From positions 1 through 35,523 of the IMG/VR virus record IMGVR_UViG_3300032320_000934: a stretch of 35,523 bases of DNA. The stretch is one strand, 5' to 3'. Origin of the DNA: a virus. Its lineage: Duplodnaviria; Caudoviricetes. Shown here piece by piece: positions 1 through 7,495 of the stretch. The stretch's first letter is position 1. The number at the start of each line of letters is the position of its first letter. The translations under genes were made by a program, and so were the position numbers. The notes under the pieces are model-generated. The model made no database searches, was not told where the DNA came from, and was given only the letters and a program-made list of their open reading frames with translations.

Positions 1-52
1 GTATGCGTTAACAAGACCTACCCTAACACTATCAACTGATAACAAAAACAAG

Positions 53-400
53 ATGTTTAGTCAAAAAGATGCAGAGCAATATACAAACAGATGGATAGTA
101 AAGCGTCGTCTAAAGTATTGTGCAGACTGTGCACCAAAGGTACTAGACCCAGGCACAGGAAAGATGACGAGAAACCGTACTCAATCCATAACAAGACCTG
201 CACCGTTAGAGCTTCCTGCACTAAACGTATCGTTAAGAGGAAACAAAGATGTGTCTCTACTTGATATGAGACGACAAGCAGGAATAGACGTAGCTAAAGA
301 AAAGCCTGGACCAGCACCTGCATCCGTAGCACCGAGAGCAGTACGTAAGAGAGCAGCAACAACAGAGGGCTTTGAAGCAGGCAGTGGAGAAGGTAAGTAA
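53..400 (+). CDS. hypothetical protein (single CxxC)
   Basis: 115-aa ORF on the same strand as all neighbours, ending 9 nt before the next ATG; contains YCADC. Confidence 0.65.
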   Translation: MFSQKDAEQYTNRWIVKRRLKYCADCAPKVLDPGTGKMTRNRTQSITRPAPLELPALNVSLRGNKDVSLLDMRRQAGIDVAKEKPGPAPASVAPRAVRKRAATTEGFEAGSGEGK

Positions 401-409
401 GGAAATATA

Positions 410-685
410 ATGGCAATTGAATTTAATGACCGTCGCAATAACAATGAAGAACCTATGGGTTCCAAGCGTAAGCCTGGTAAGGGACCAAAAAGCAAGTCAA
501 CATCTGCCGAAAAAAAGAACACAGCAGCCAGAAATAGAGCTTCTGATGCTTTACGTAAACACGTTATTGCTCAACACTCTAAGTTTACATACGGTGGACC
601 TGGTAAGTCCAAAGTAGATAAAGAAGCTATGGCTACTTGTACAACTTGTGACAAGCTAAAAAGTAACATCGACAAGTTAAAGTAG
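410..685 (+). CDS. hypothetical basic protein (C-terminal CxxC)
   Basis: TAAGGAA RBS, ATG, 91 aa, Lys-rich. Confidence 0.75.
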   Translation: MAIEFNDRRNNNEEPMGSKRKPGKGPKSKSTSAEKKNTAARNRASDALRKHVIAQHSKFTYGGPGKSKVDKEAMATCTTCDKLKSNIDKLK

Positions 686-686
686 G

Positions 687-734
687 GGCGACCTACCCCT
701 AAAAATCGGTAGGGCCGGAAAATGGCCCGTCGTT
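687..734 (+). other. GC-rich intergenic element folding as a three-way junction
   Basis: GGCGAC/GTCGTT, CTACC/GGTAG and GGCC/GGCC stems stacked with almost no linker. Confidence 0.45.
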
Positions 735-746
735 GTGAGGATAAGA

Positions 747-974
747 ATGGCTACTAATAACAAGTGGGAAAGATGGCAACACTATCAGAAGTATGGTGTA
801 TACCCAGAAACTACTAAGCAGCAAAACTCTAGAAAAGCTAAAGAGCGTGATGTGGCCGAGAATGGTCCTACAGAACAAGTCCATGAAGCCGGTTCTGCGG
901 CACAGTTCAAATCAGAGAACCCTATGGATAAATTTGTTAGGGAATGGTGGGAAGCCCACCCTCATCTTAAATAG
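747..974 (+). CDS. hypothetical protein
   Basis: GAGGA RBS precedes ATG 747, in frame with the track ORF 735..974. Confidence 0.7.
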   Translation: MATNNKWERWQHYQKYGVYPETTKQQNSRKAKERDVAENGPTEQVHEAGSAAQFKSENPMDKFVREWWEAHPHLK

Positions 975-976
975 GC

Positions 977-1006
977 TTGACAAACATACCTACTTTCCTT
1001 TAATAT
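977..1006 (+). promoter_or_regulatory. sigma70/SigA-type promoter for hsp20
   Basis: TTGACA (977-982), 18 nt, TAATAT (1001-1006). Confidence 0.65.
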
Positions 1007-1013
1007 CTATATA

Positions 1014-1062
1014 GGTACGCCAATTGGGTATCATAAATAACTATCTACGTCTAAGGAGTAGA
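1014..1062 (+). promoter_or_regulatory. structured 5' leader of hsp20 (two bulged-G hairpins, the second covering the SD)
   Basis: GGTAC-G-CC-AATT-GG-GTATC (1014-1032) and TCTAC-G-TC-TAAG-GA-GTAGA (1044-1062); AAGGAG at 1053-1058. Confidence 0.55.
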
Positions 1063-1064
1063 AA

Positions 1065-1607
1065 ATGCACATTGAACCAAATCCATACGACCCGTGGGAC
1101 AAGCACAAGAGGCCACTGCCAAATAGCCCATGGGATAAGAAGAAGGATTGGGAGCACGGCTCCTATCCAATCGAAAAGGCTAAAGTAATTACAATTGCTG
1201 ACCTTTTCCCACGCCTAGACCGCCTATCTATTGGATGGTCACCTATCCTTGACCAACTTAAGGAACTTACCCAACACAAACCAACTTACCCACCATACGA
1301 CATTGTGTCTTTGCAAGATGGCAAGTATGACGTAAACCTACTCAATGTGGCCGTAGCAGGCTTCACAAAGGACGAAATCACTGTAACCCTACAGGATTCC
1401 ATTTTGACCATTGAAGGCCGTCAGAACGACAAGCAGCGCGGTGAGGTACTATATCAGGGAATCGCTACTCGTGACTTTAAGCTAAAGCTTGCAGTTGCTG
1501 AGTTTTGGGAGATTACTAATGCACGCCTAGAAAACGGTATGCTAACAGTTCAATTTAACAAGGAACTTCCTGAAGAAAAGAAGCCGAAAGTCATTGACAT
1601 CGACTAA
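1065..1607 (+). CDS. hsp20: Hsp20/alpha-crystallin small heat shock protein (IbpA-like)
   Basis: YPPYDI...AVAGFTKDEI...LTIEG...YQGIATRDF...ARLENGMLTV...PEEKKPKVIDI. Confidence 0.95.
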   Translation: MHIEPNPYDPWDKHKRPLPNSPWDKKKDWEHGSYPIEKAKVITIADLFPRLDRLSIGWSPILDQLKELTQHKPTYPPYDIVSLQDGKYDVNLLNVAVAGFTKDEITVTLQDSILTIEGRQNDKQRGEVLYQGIATRDFKLKLAVAEFWEITNARLENGMLTVQFNKELPEEKKPKVIDID

Positions 1608-1621
1608 TCTTGGTGTAGACT
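1594..1621 (+). promoter_or_regulatory. putative SigA-type promoter overlapping the hsp20 3' end
   Basis: TTGACA (1594-1599), 16 nt, TAGACT (1616-1621). Confidence 0.45.
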
Positions 1622-1623
1622 AG

Positions 1624-1656
1624 AACCCTGGGGAAGTCAAGGCTTCCCCAGGGTTT
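1624..1656 (+). terminator. 13-bp perfect hairpin after hsp20 (terminator or stabiliser)
   Basis: AACCCTGGGGAAG (1624-1636) / CTTCCCCAGGGTT (1643-1655), short T tail. Confidence 0.65.
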
Positions 1657-1672
1657 AGCATAGGAGAATGAA

Positions 1673-1780
1673 ATGGCAAAGCCAAAAGGTAATCGTAACG
1701 ACAGTCGTCCAAATGGTAAGGCTTCTAAGAAGCACCCTAAGATGTGGGACCCAACTAAGCGTAAGCTAGTTAGGGCTTAA
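1673..1780 (+). CDS. 35-aa basic microprotein (not in ORF track)
   Basis: AGGAGA RBS; MAKPKGNRNDSRPNGKASKKHPKMWDPTKRKLVRA; ends 2 nt before the next ATG. Confidence 0.7.
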   Translation: MAKPKGNRNDSRPNGKASKKHPKMWDPTKRKLVRA

Positions 1781-1782
1781 TC

Positions 1783-1956
1783 ATGCCTACCTATCAATAT
1801 AAGTGTGAAACATGTGAAGCTACTGTTAGCCACGTTTTAACTATCTCAGAAGAACGTAAGACTCCCGAATGCCTGTCTTGTAAGAAAGATATGATTCGCG
1901 TCTTTTCTGCCCCCTCATTGACCTTTAAAGGCTCCGGATGGGGTTCTGACAGATGA
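1783..1956 (+). CDS. FmdB-family zinc-ribbon protein (57 aa, not in ORF track)
   Basis: MPTYQYKCETC...PECLSCKKDMIRVFSAPSLTFKGSGW; ATGA overlap with the next gene. Confidence 0.9.
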   Translation: MPTYQYKCETCEATVSHVLTISEERKTPECLSCKKDMIRVFSAPSLTFKGSGWGSDR

Positions 1957-2288
1957 TTCCTGAAACAATACTGGTGGGCACCCAGATTTGGACTATCGTA
2001 GAGCACACCTCTAAAGAAGACGGTATGTTGTACGAAGACAACTACGGGTACACACTAGAGCGCCGCAATATGATTGTTCTTGATAAGGATGCGTCTGATA
2101 CTCGTAAGAAACAAGTATTGATGCATGAGATTCTTCATGCTATTCGTTTTACTTTCTTTACTGGAAATAAAATGGCTCCTAAGCTTTCCTTTGAAGAAAC
2201 AGAGCACTATTTCATTGGAATGTATGAAGAGACCCTTCTTATGGTGCTAAAAAACAATCCAGAATTGTTAACTTATTTAATTTCTTAA
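1953..2288 (+). CDS. HExxH metallopeptidase-like phage protein
   Basis: IVLDKD...QVLMHEILHAI...EETEH. Confidence 0.75.
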   Translation: MIPETILVGTQIWTIVEHTSKEDGMLYEDNYGYTLERRNMIVLDKDASDTRKKQVLMHEILHAIRFTFFTGNKMAPKLSFEETEHYFIGMYEETLLMVLKNNPELLTYLIS

Positions 2289-2292
2289 CGAC

Positions 2293-2321
2293 TAGACACC
2301 CTGTCATTTGTGTGGTAGGGT
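2293..2321 (+). promoter_or_regulatory. putative SigA-type promoter for NlpC/P60 embedded in a terminator
   Basis: TAGACA (2293-2298), 17 nt, TGG-TAGGGT (2316-2321). Confidence 0.5.
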
Positions 2322-2328
2322 GTTTTTT
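2295..2328 (+). terminator. intrinsic terminator
   Basis: GACACCCTGTCA/TGGTAGGGTGTT stem (with G-U pairs) followed by a T run. Confidence 0.75.
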
Positions 2329-2403
2329 ATAACTTAATAGTGAATGTCACTTCGACAATAAACGACCCCAGTACTAACTACCAAGGAAAGGTAAGGTCGC
2401 CAA

Positions 2404-2973
2404 ATGAAAAAGTACGTAATAGTAGCCAGCGTAATTTTAACTCTCGCTGGCTGTTCTGCATCTACGGCAACAGCACAACTAAGAGCTGAAGTTGCAGAGG
2501 TAAAAGAAACAAAGCAGGTATCTGTCCAGCAGCAATTGATTACTGAATCTAAAATACAGAAGAATAAACTAATTGAAGCTGCTAAGGTACAGGCTAATAC
2601 AAAACAAATGAATAAAGTAATTAAGTATCTAAAGACACGTGTAGGAAGAACTTCTTACGTGTTTTCAGGTGCCAGTCCTCGTGGATGGGACTGTTCAGGT
2701 CTAGTGCGCTGGACCTATGAACGATTCGGTCTAGAACTACCACATTCAGCAAATAAACAGGGTCACATTGGTACTAGGGTTTCAAAACCTAAGCTAGGTG
2801 ACATTGTGGTATTTGCTTACAATGGTTCTACTAATTTCTATCATGCCGCTATTTACATTGGCAATGGCAAAATAATTAACGCACATTATGGAGCTGACTC
2901 TACAATAATCCAGCCTTTGACAGATTACGCAAATGGTCAAATAAGGTTTATAAGAGTAGTAAAAACTATCTAG
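2404..2973 (+). CDS. NlpC/P60 (C40) peptidoglycan endopeptidase with signal peptide/lipobox
   Basis: MKK plus hydrophobic stretch plus LAGC; YVFSGASPRGWDCSGL...GDIVVF...HAAIYIGNGKIINA. Confidence 0.92.
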   Translation: MKKYVIVASVILTLAGCSASTATAQLRAEVAEVKETKQVSVQQQLITESKIQKNKLIEAAKVQANTKQMNKVIKYLKTRVGRTSYVFSGASPRGWDCSGLVRWTYERFGLELPHSANKQGHIGTRVSKPKLGDIVVFAYNGSTNFYHAAIYIGNGKIINAHYGADSTIIQPLTDYANGQIRFIRVVKTI

Positions 2974-2977
2974 TCAC

Positions 2978-3018
2978 TGACGGGTGGTTTGACCTGAAAA
3001 TGATTAATCCACCCGTCA
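2978..3018 (+). terminator. hairpin after NlpC/P60
   Basis: TGACGGGTGG (2978-2987) / CCACCCGTCA (3009-3018); no clear T tail. Confidence 0.5.
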
Positions 3019-3028
3019 TACTATTTAC

Positions 3029-3178
3029 ATGAGAAAAATCTTTGAGTTTAACAATGGTCACACCTTGGCTAGAGGCGACTCTTACTATGCTATTACTCCT
3101 AGTACAGGTGCAATAACTAGTACAGTAAAGTTTGAGGGACCTGGGGAAAAGACCACTAAGTTTGGTGAGAACCTTTGA
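3029..3178 (+). CDS. 49-aa hypothetical protein, possibly leaderless (not in ORF track)
   Basis: MRKIFEFNNGHTLARGDSYY...KFGENL; CATACT 6 nt upstream; TTGA overlap with the next ORF. Confidence 0.55.
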   Translation: MRKIFEFNNGHTLARGDSYYAITPSTGAITSTVKFEGPGEKTTKFGENL

Positions 3179-3534
3179 TTAACAGAAGGATATCCCCAGA
3201 CAGAGCTAAAGGCATTTATGCTGGCATGAACCCTGAGTTTGGTAATTACCTTTCTGGTAACATTGCTGAAAACAGTCGAGTTACTTATCCCTATGAACCA
3301 GAGTACTCTGGAAGAGTTGCTATTGATACTCAGGGAAAAGATGCATGGATTAATTTCCCTGCAAGAGTTATGACTCAAGCTGCAACTTCAAATCCTAGGT
3401 TAATGGACCCAGGTTCAAATCTAGATGCGGTAAACAGAAACCTTTCTCTAGCTCTAGCTAAAAAAGCTGGGTTAGATGGAAACATTGCCACTGGAGACCC
3501 ACAAGGCGTGGGTTATATGAGCAGTGGAATTTAA
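3175..3534 (+). CDS. hypothetical protein
   Basis: 119-aa ORF with a coupled TTG start. Confidence 0.65.
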   Translation: MINRRISPDRAKGIYAGMNPEFGNYLSGNIAENSRVTYPYEPEYSGRVAIDTQGKDAWINFPARVMTQAATSNPRLMDPGSNLDAVNRNLSLALAKKAGLDGNIATGDPQGVGYMSSGI

Positions 3535-3623
3535 AAAAATAAAGTATCCTTATACAGAAAATACAATCTCCTCACTAATTTCAGAACAATCTGTAGCATC
3601 TTAATATTAGTTAGAGGTATTAA

Positions 3624-3887
3624 ATGAAACTTACTGGAAATGTCCTTCTTAGAATTTTGGCAACATTCGTGGCGTCAGCTCTTGGTGTTATCGGTGCTGG
3701 TTCCCTTGGTGGTGTTGAGCCTGCTACTGCCGCCCTTGTTGGTGGTATCTTGGCTGTTGCAAAGGTAATTGAGAGACTATCTCTTGCCTTCCTAGAAGAT
3801 GGCAGGTTGTCTAATGCTGAAATTAATGCTGCTTTCCAACAGAGCCTTCAGTTGAAGAACGTCAAGGAAGACGAGCCAAAGAAGTAA
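3624..3887 (+). CDS. two-TM membrane protein, holin-like
   Basis: GAGGT RBS; two hydrophobic helices and a charged tail; heads the cassette containing the M23 peptidase. Confidence 0.6.
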   Translation: MKLTGNVLLRILATFVASALGVIGAGSLGGVEPATAALVGGILAVAKVIERLSLAFLEDGRLSNAEINAAFQQSLQLKNVKEDEPKK

Positions 3888-5413
3888 TGCGGTTGTTGCG
3901 TAAACTCGCAACGCTATCCGTAACACTACCTCTTGCTCTAACTCCTTTATTATTCCCAGCATCAGCGTCTGCCGAGTCAGTATCTGGATTGAATGTCGAA
4001 GTTTATACTTACGACCCATCAAGCACACCTGAGCGTCAGCCCTACCAACTTTGTGAGGGTGCTTGGACTCATGTCGATGGTATTGACTCTGACTACGATA
4101 ACCAATACAATGGCGTAGTTGCGGGATGTCAGCCAGAGTATGTCCTTGTACATTACACAGGTTTTGTAACCTTCCCAAAGTCTGGCACTTTTGCTTTTAT
4201 GGCTCCTGCCGATGACGGCTTTTGGCTATCTCTTGACGGTATTCCAATTATAACTAATGACTGGGTTCTTAAAGGTCGCTGGGGACAAGTTTATCCTGAC
4301 GTACAAATCGAAGGCGGCCACACCTACGCTCTAGACGCTTGGTTCTACGAGTATGGTGGCGGTGCTAGCGATACCCTAATGTACTCCTCTGACAACGGCT
4401 CTAACTGGAACGTTGTACCTTCTGAGTACTATACAACTGATGGCTCTGCTCCAGTAATCGTTACCCCACCTTCTCTAAGTTCTCCAGTTGGTTTGAACGG
4501 TACTGCTGACGGAACTAACGTTGATTTAGTTTGGGGGGCAGTAGTCGAAGACACCCCAATTGAACGTTACGCAGTTATGTGGACTTATGGAGATTACCCT
4601 GGTTGGGGACTTGCTACCTATAACCAGTTTATAACTATTGGCGGTTTGCCGGAAGATACTGACGTTACTTTTAGAATTCGCTCTGATAACGATACTCTCG
4701 GTATTTATTCTCCATATTCTGACCCTATTACAGTCCGAACAGGATTTGACCCAATTATTGTTGTTCCACCTGTAGACCCTCCAGTTGACCCGCCAGTAGA
4801 CCCTGAGCCTCCTGTAGACCCACCTGTTGAGCCACCTGTGGTTGACCCTGAGCCTCCTGTAGTTCCAGAACCACCTGTTGTTATTCCTGAGCCGGAGTTG
4901 CCTCCTGTGGTTGAGCCTGAGCCGGAACCTGAGTTGCCTCCTGCGGTACCAGAACCAGAACCTGAACCAGAACCTGAGCAAGGTGCAGCAGAAATTCCAG
5001 TAGTTATTGAAAACCTAATGGAAGTTGACCTAACATCAGTAGACCCTACTGAATTGACTGAAGCACAGGCAGAGCAGCTTGTAGAAGCCGCCCTTGTCGT
5101 GTTTGAGACAGCAGAAGAAGGTTCGGCAGAATACGAGCAAGCGTTGGATGCTCTTTATCTAGCGGCTCAGCAAGACGACATTGTGGTAGATGAGAGCATT
5201 GCTAGCATTCCTGGTGTTGGTCAAGCTGCTGTTGCTATTGCTAACGTATTGAACGCCATTGGTAACGTAGGTGCGGATATCTCACCTAAAGCCCGTAAAA
5301 AGGCTCAAAACCTTGTTGTAACCACCCTTGTTGTTGGGCAAATTGCCCAGACAGCAGCCATAGCTACCGCGTCTTCAAGCGGTTCATCCAACCGAACATT
5401 TAGGAGAAAATAA
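3887..5413 (+). CDS. secreted PA14 + fibronectin type III + Pro/Glu-rich linker protein
   Basis: signal peptide ending ASA; ADDGFWLSLDG...WFYEYGGGA (PA14); DLVWGA...Y...ITIGGLPEDTDVTFRIRS...SPYS (FN3). Confidence 0.85.
   Translation: MRLLRKLATLSVTLPLALTPLLFPASASAESVSGLNVEVYTYDPSSTPERQPYQLCEGAWTHVDGIDSDYDNQYNGVVAGCQPEYVLVHYTGFVTFPKSGTFAFMAPADDGFWLSLDGIPIITNDWVLKGRWGQVYPDVQIEGGHTYALDAWFYEYGGGASDTLMYSSDNGSNWNVVPSEYYTTDGSAPVIVTPPSLSSPVGLNGTADGTNVDLVWGAVVEDTPIERYAVMWTYGDYPGWGLATYNQFITIGGLPEDTDVTFRIRSDNDTLGIYSPYSDPITVRTGFDPIIVVPPVDPPVDPPVDPEPPVDPPVEPPVVDPEPPVVPEPPVVIPEPELPPVVEPEPEPELPPAVPEPEPEPEPEQGAAEIPVVIENLMEVDLTSVDPTELTEAQAEQLVEAALVVFETAEEGSAEYEQALDALYLAAQQDDIVVDESIASIPGVGQAAVAIANVLNAIGNVGADISPKARKKAQNLVVTTLVVGQIAQTAAIATASSSGSSNRTFRRK
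4760..4980 (+). repeat. degenerate coding tandem repeat PVDP/PEPP/EPEP
   Basis: repeated CC(T/A)GT(A/T)GACCC and CCAGAA/CCTGAG units. Confidence 0.85.
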
Positions 5414-5601
5414 TGAAGAAAGTAACAGCATTCCTAGTCGCCTTATTTAGAGACCTACTTGACCAGGCCTGGACCCTTTTAGGTCTGGCTCTTGGTTGGG
5501 TTCTCCTAGAAGGCTCTGCTAGAGACATCGTAGGTAAGTTGATTGGTGTTACCCTTCTTATCTGGATTGCTACTTTTCCGCTGCGTAATCGCGACGAATA
5601 A
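5413..5601 (+). CDS. small two-TM membrane protein
   Basis: TAATG coupling to the upstream gene; two hydrophobic segments. Confidence 0.8.
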   Translation: MKKVTAFLVALFRDLLDQAWTLLGLALGWVLLEGSARDIVGKLIGVTLLIWIATFPLRNRDE

Positions 5602-5635
5602 GCGACAATAGTAATAATCACTCGAAAGGATTACA

Positions 5636-6067
5636 ATGACAGAAAAAGTTGCAGTTTACGTAGAACCATTCCCTAAAGCAAAGCGTGGAGATGGCTTCAA
5701 GAACATGGCTTCTTACCGTACTAACCCACACCGTGGCGTTGATTGGTCAGTTGCCGGTGGTAGCAAGATTAAGGCTATTACCTCAGGAACAGTGATGGAA
5801 GTTGGAGAGACTAAGGTTTTGGGTAACTACCTAATCCAGTCTACATATGACGGTCACTTCATTCTTTACGCACACTTCCAGGTCCCATCAACTCTAAAGC
5901 AGGGTGACAAGGTCGAAGCTGGAAAGACTATTGTTGGTCTAGTTGGAACAACAGGTACAGCATCTACTGGAAACCACCTACACGTTACTTATGGTGTTGT
6001 GAAGAGTCTTATTACTGCTGGTATGGATGACCTTCGTGACCTATTTGCTGTTCTAGACAAAAAGTAA
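5636..6067 (+). CDS. M23 family peptidase (putative endolysin)
   Basis: HRGVD...LGNY...LYAH...VGTTGTASTGNHLH. Confidence 0.92.
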   Translation: MTEKVAVYVEPFPKAKRGDGFKNMASYRTNPHRGVDWSVAGGSKIKAITSGTVMEVGETKVLGNYLIQSTYDGHFILYAHFQVPSTLKQGDKVEAGKTIVGLVGTTGTASTGNHLHVTYGVVKSLITAGMDDLRDLFAVLDKK

Positions 6068-6071
6068 AAAC

Positions 6072-6272
6072 TTGATTCCTCGCAAACCCGTGGTGCCAAA
6101 TAACCGTTCAATCAAAACTTTGATGGGTGAGTTTAGCGCACCACGGGCTTTTGCTAATCAAAATAGGAATGCTGGTAGACAACTTGCTAGTGTAAGAACA
6201 ATTTCTGGTAGAGGACGGAGCATGGATGGCTCTTCGGGTGGGCCAACCAGAGTAGGCAGAAAACGAGGGTAA
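6072..6272 (+). CDS. hypothetical Arg-rich protein
   Basis: fills the intergenic gap exactly; TTG start. Confidence 0.55.
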   Translation: MIPRKPVVPNNRSIKTLMGEFSAPRAFANQNRNAGRQLASVRTISGRGRSMDGSSGGPTRVGRKRG

Positions 6273-6273
6273 T

Positions 6274-6618
6274 ATGGACCAAATCGTCCTTTATTGGGCC
6301 GCAGGCGTCATAACGGTAGGAACTGCACTCGGATTGCTTTGGAGGCTTCTAAAGCCGGTATGTGACCGTATACACGCTGCTATGGATGCCTGGGATGACT
6401 TCCACAGAGATTGGGCGGGAGAACCCGCAGCCCCTGGTCGTTCCGCCGTGCCAGGTGTCATGGAGCGCTTAAACCGTATTGACGGTGAGTTGAAGCGCAA
6501 CGGCGGCTCTTCTATGAAAGACGCGTTAAATCGAGTTGAGAAGAAATTAGAACAAATAGATGCTAGGCTCGAAGACGGCAATAAACGATTCGAAGCCATT
6601 GAGGAGAAGATACTGTGA
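6274..6618 (+). CDS. N-terminal TM plus coiled-coil protein (lysis-cassette membrane protein)
   Basis: GAGGG RBS; TM helix; ELKRNGGSSMKDALNRVE motif. Confidence 0.8.
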   Translation: MDQIVLYWAAGVITVGTALGLLWRLLKPVCDRIHAAMDAWDDFHRDWAGEPAAPGRSAVPGVMERLNRIDGELKRNGGSSMKDALNRVEKKLEQIDARLEDGNKRFEAIEEKIL

Positions 6619-7190
6619 TTGAACCTAAGTTTAATAAAGAAAGACTTGGTGACGCCAACGCTATTGGTAACGCTATAAAAAACATAGCTGGACCAATTGC
6701 AAAATTTAGAGACAAAAAAATGCGTCTTGACACTGCTGAGGCAAACAAGCAGCTACTTAAAACCCAAAAGGATATTAAAAAAGCGTGGCAAAAAAAGAAG
6801 GCAGCAGTTGCTGCTCAGGATAAAGCAGCTAGAACTTATATACAAGACCCTATAAGAGCTAAAAAGGGAACAACCCTAACCCCTGCTCAAAAAAAGATGA
6901 ACATTGCTAGAAAAAAGCAAAATGAGGCAGCAAAGACATACACTAGCTATGGCTATGACAAAGTTACTGCTAAGAGCACGGGCTCTAAAGGTCGACCTAA
7001 TACAAACGCTGCTAAAAAGACAGCAACTCCTGGCACACCTAAGATGCCTACACCAACTGTAAACAAGACTGGTGCAAGAAATGTTAGGAAATCTACAAAG
7101 GTTACTCCAGTAACTAAGACTCCTGGAGTCAAGCCAGTAAACGGTGTTGGTAGACGTTCAAATGGTGCTCCTAAAAAGCGTATGCGTTAA
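6615..7190 (+). CDS. Lys/Thr/Ala-rich basic protein
   Basis: GAGGAG RBS, GTGA overlap, 191 aa of low complexity. Confidence 0.75.
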   Translation: MIEPKFNKERLGDANAIGNAIKNIAGPIAKFRDKKMRLDTAEANKQLLKTQKDIKKAWQKKKAAVAAQDKAARTYIQDPIRAKKGTTLTPAQKKMNIARKKQNEAAKTYTSYGYDKVTAKSTGSKGRPNTNAAKKTATPGTPKMPTPTVNKTGARNVRKSTKVTPVTKTPGVKPVNGVGRRSNGAPKKRMR

Positions 7191-7258
7191 TATTGAGTTT
7201 ATGCTTTAAATTTTTACAAAATAAGGCAATCTTAATATTAGAATTAAAGGAGTTTACT

Positions 7259-7495
7259 ATGGCTATTTGCGCCAATTGCAGTTCAGATGCTTTGTACGTT
7301 TACCAGCTTACCGCTGAGTATGGCATTAATTATTGCCAACGTCACCTCCCATCATTCCTATCTCGTGGCCCTCAGCCAAACCTATTTGCAGCTCCAGTAG
7401 AGACTCCGGTGGTTGAGACCCCAACTAAGGGTAAAAAGAGCCAGGCAGTAGCTGAGACTATTGACGTGGTAGAAGAAGATGCCCCTAATTCGTAA
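7259..7495 (+). CDS. hypothetical protein with CxxC...CxxH zinc finger
   Basis: AAGGAG RBS before ATG 7259; CANC...YCQRH. Confidence 0.75.
   Translation: MAICANCSSDALYVYQLTAEYGINYCQRHLPSFLSRGPQPNLFAAPVETPVVETPTKGKKSQAVAETIDVVEEDAPNS

Noticed and set aside
4760-4980. Repeats considered as a CRISPR array or DGR repeats
   Set aside because: Short, degenerate, in-frame coding repeats with no unique spacers.
4526-4981. Arg/Trp-rich repetitive ORF resembling an antimicrobial peptide
   Set aside because: It is the reverse complement of the Pro/Glu/Val repeat in the PA14 protein.
410-6650. Possible shared (E/Q/K)F(N/G/K/S) motif in small ORFs as a capsid-targeting or cleavage signal
   Set aside because: Too short and degenerate to separate from chance without homologues.
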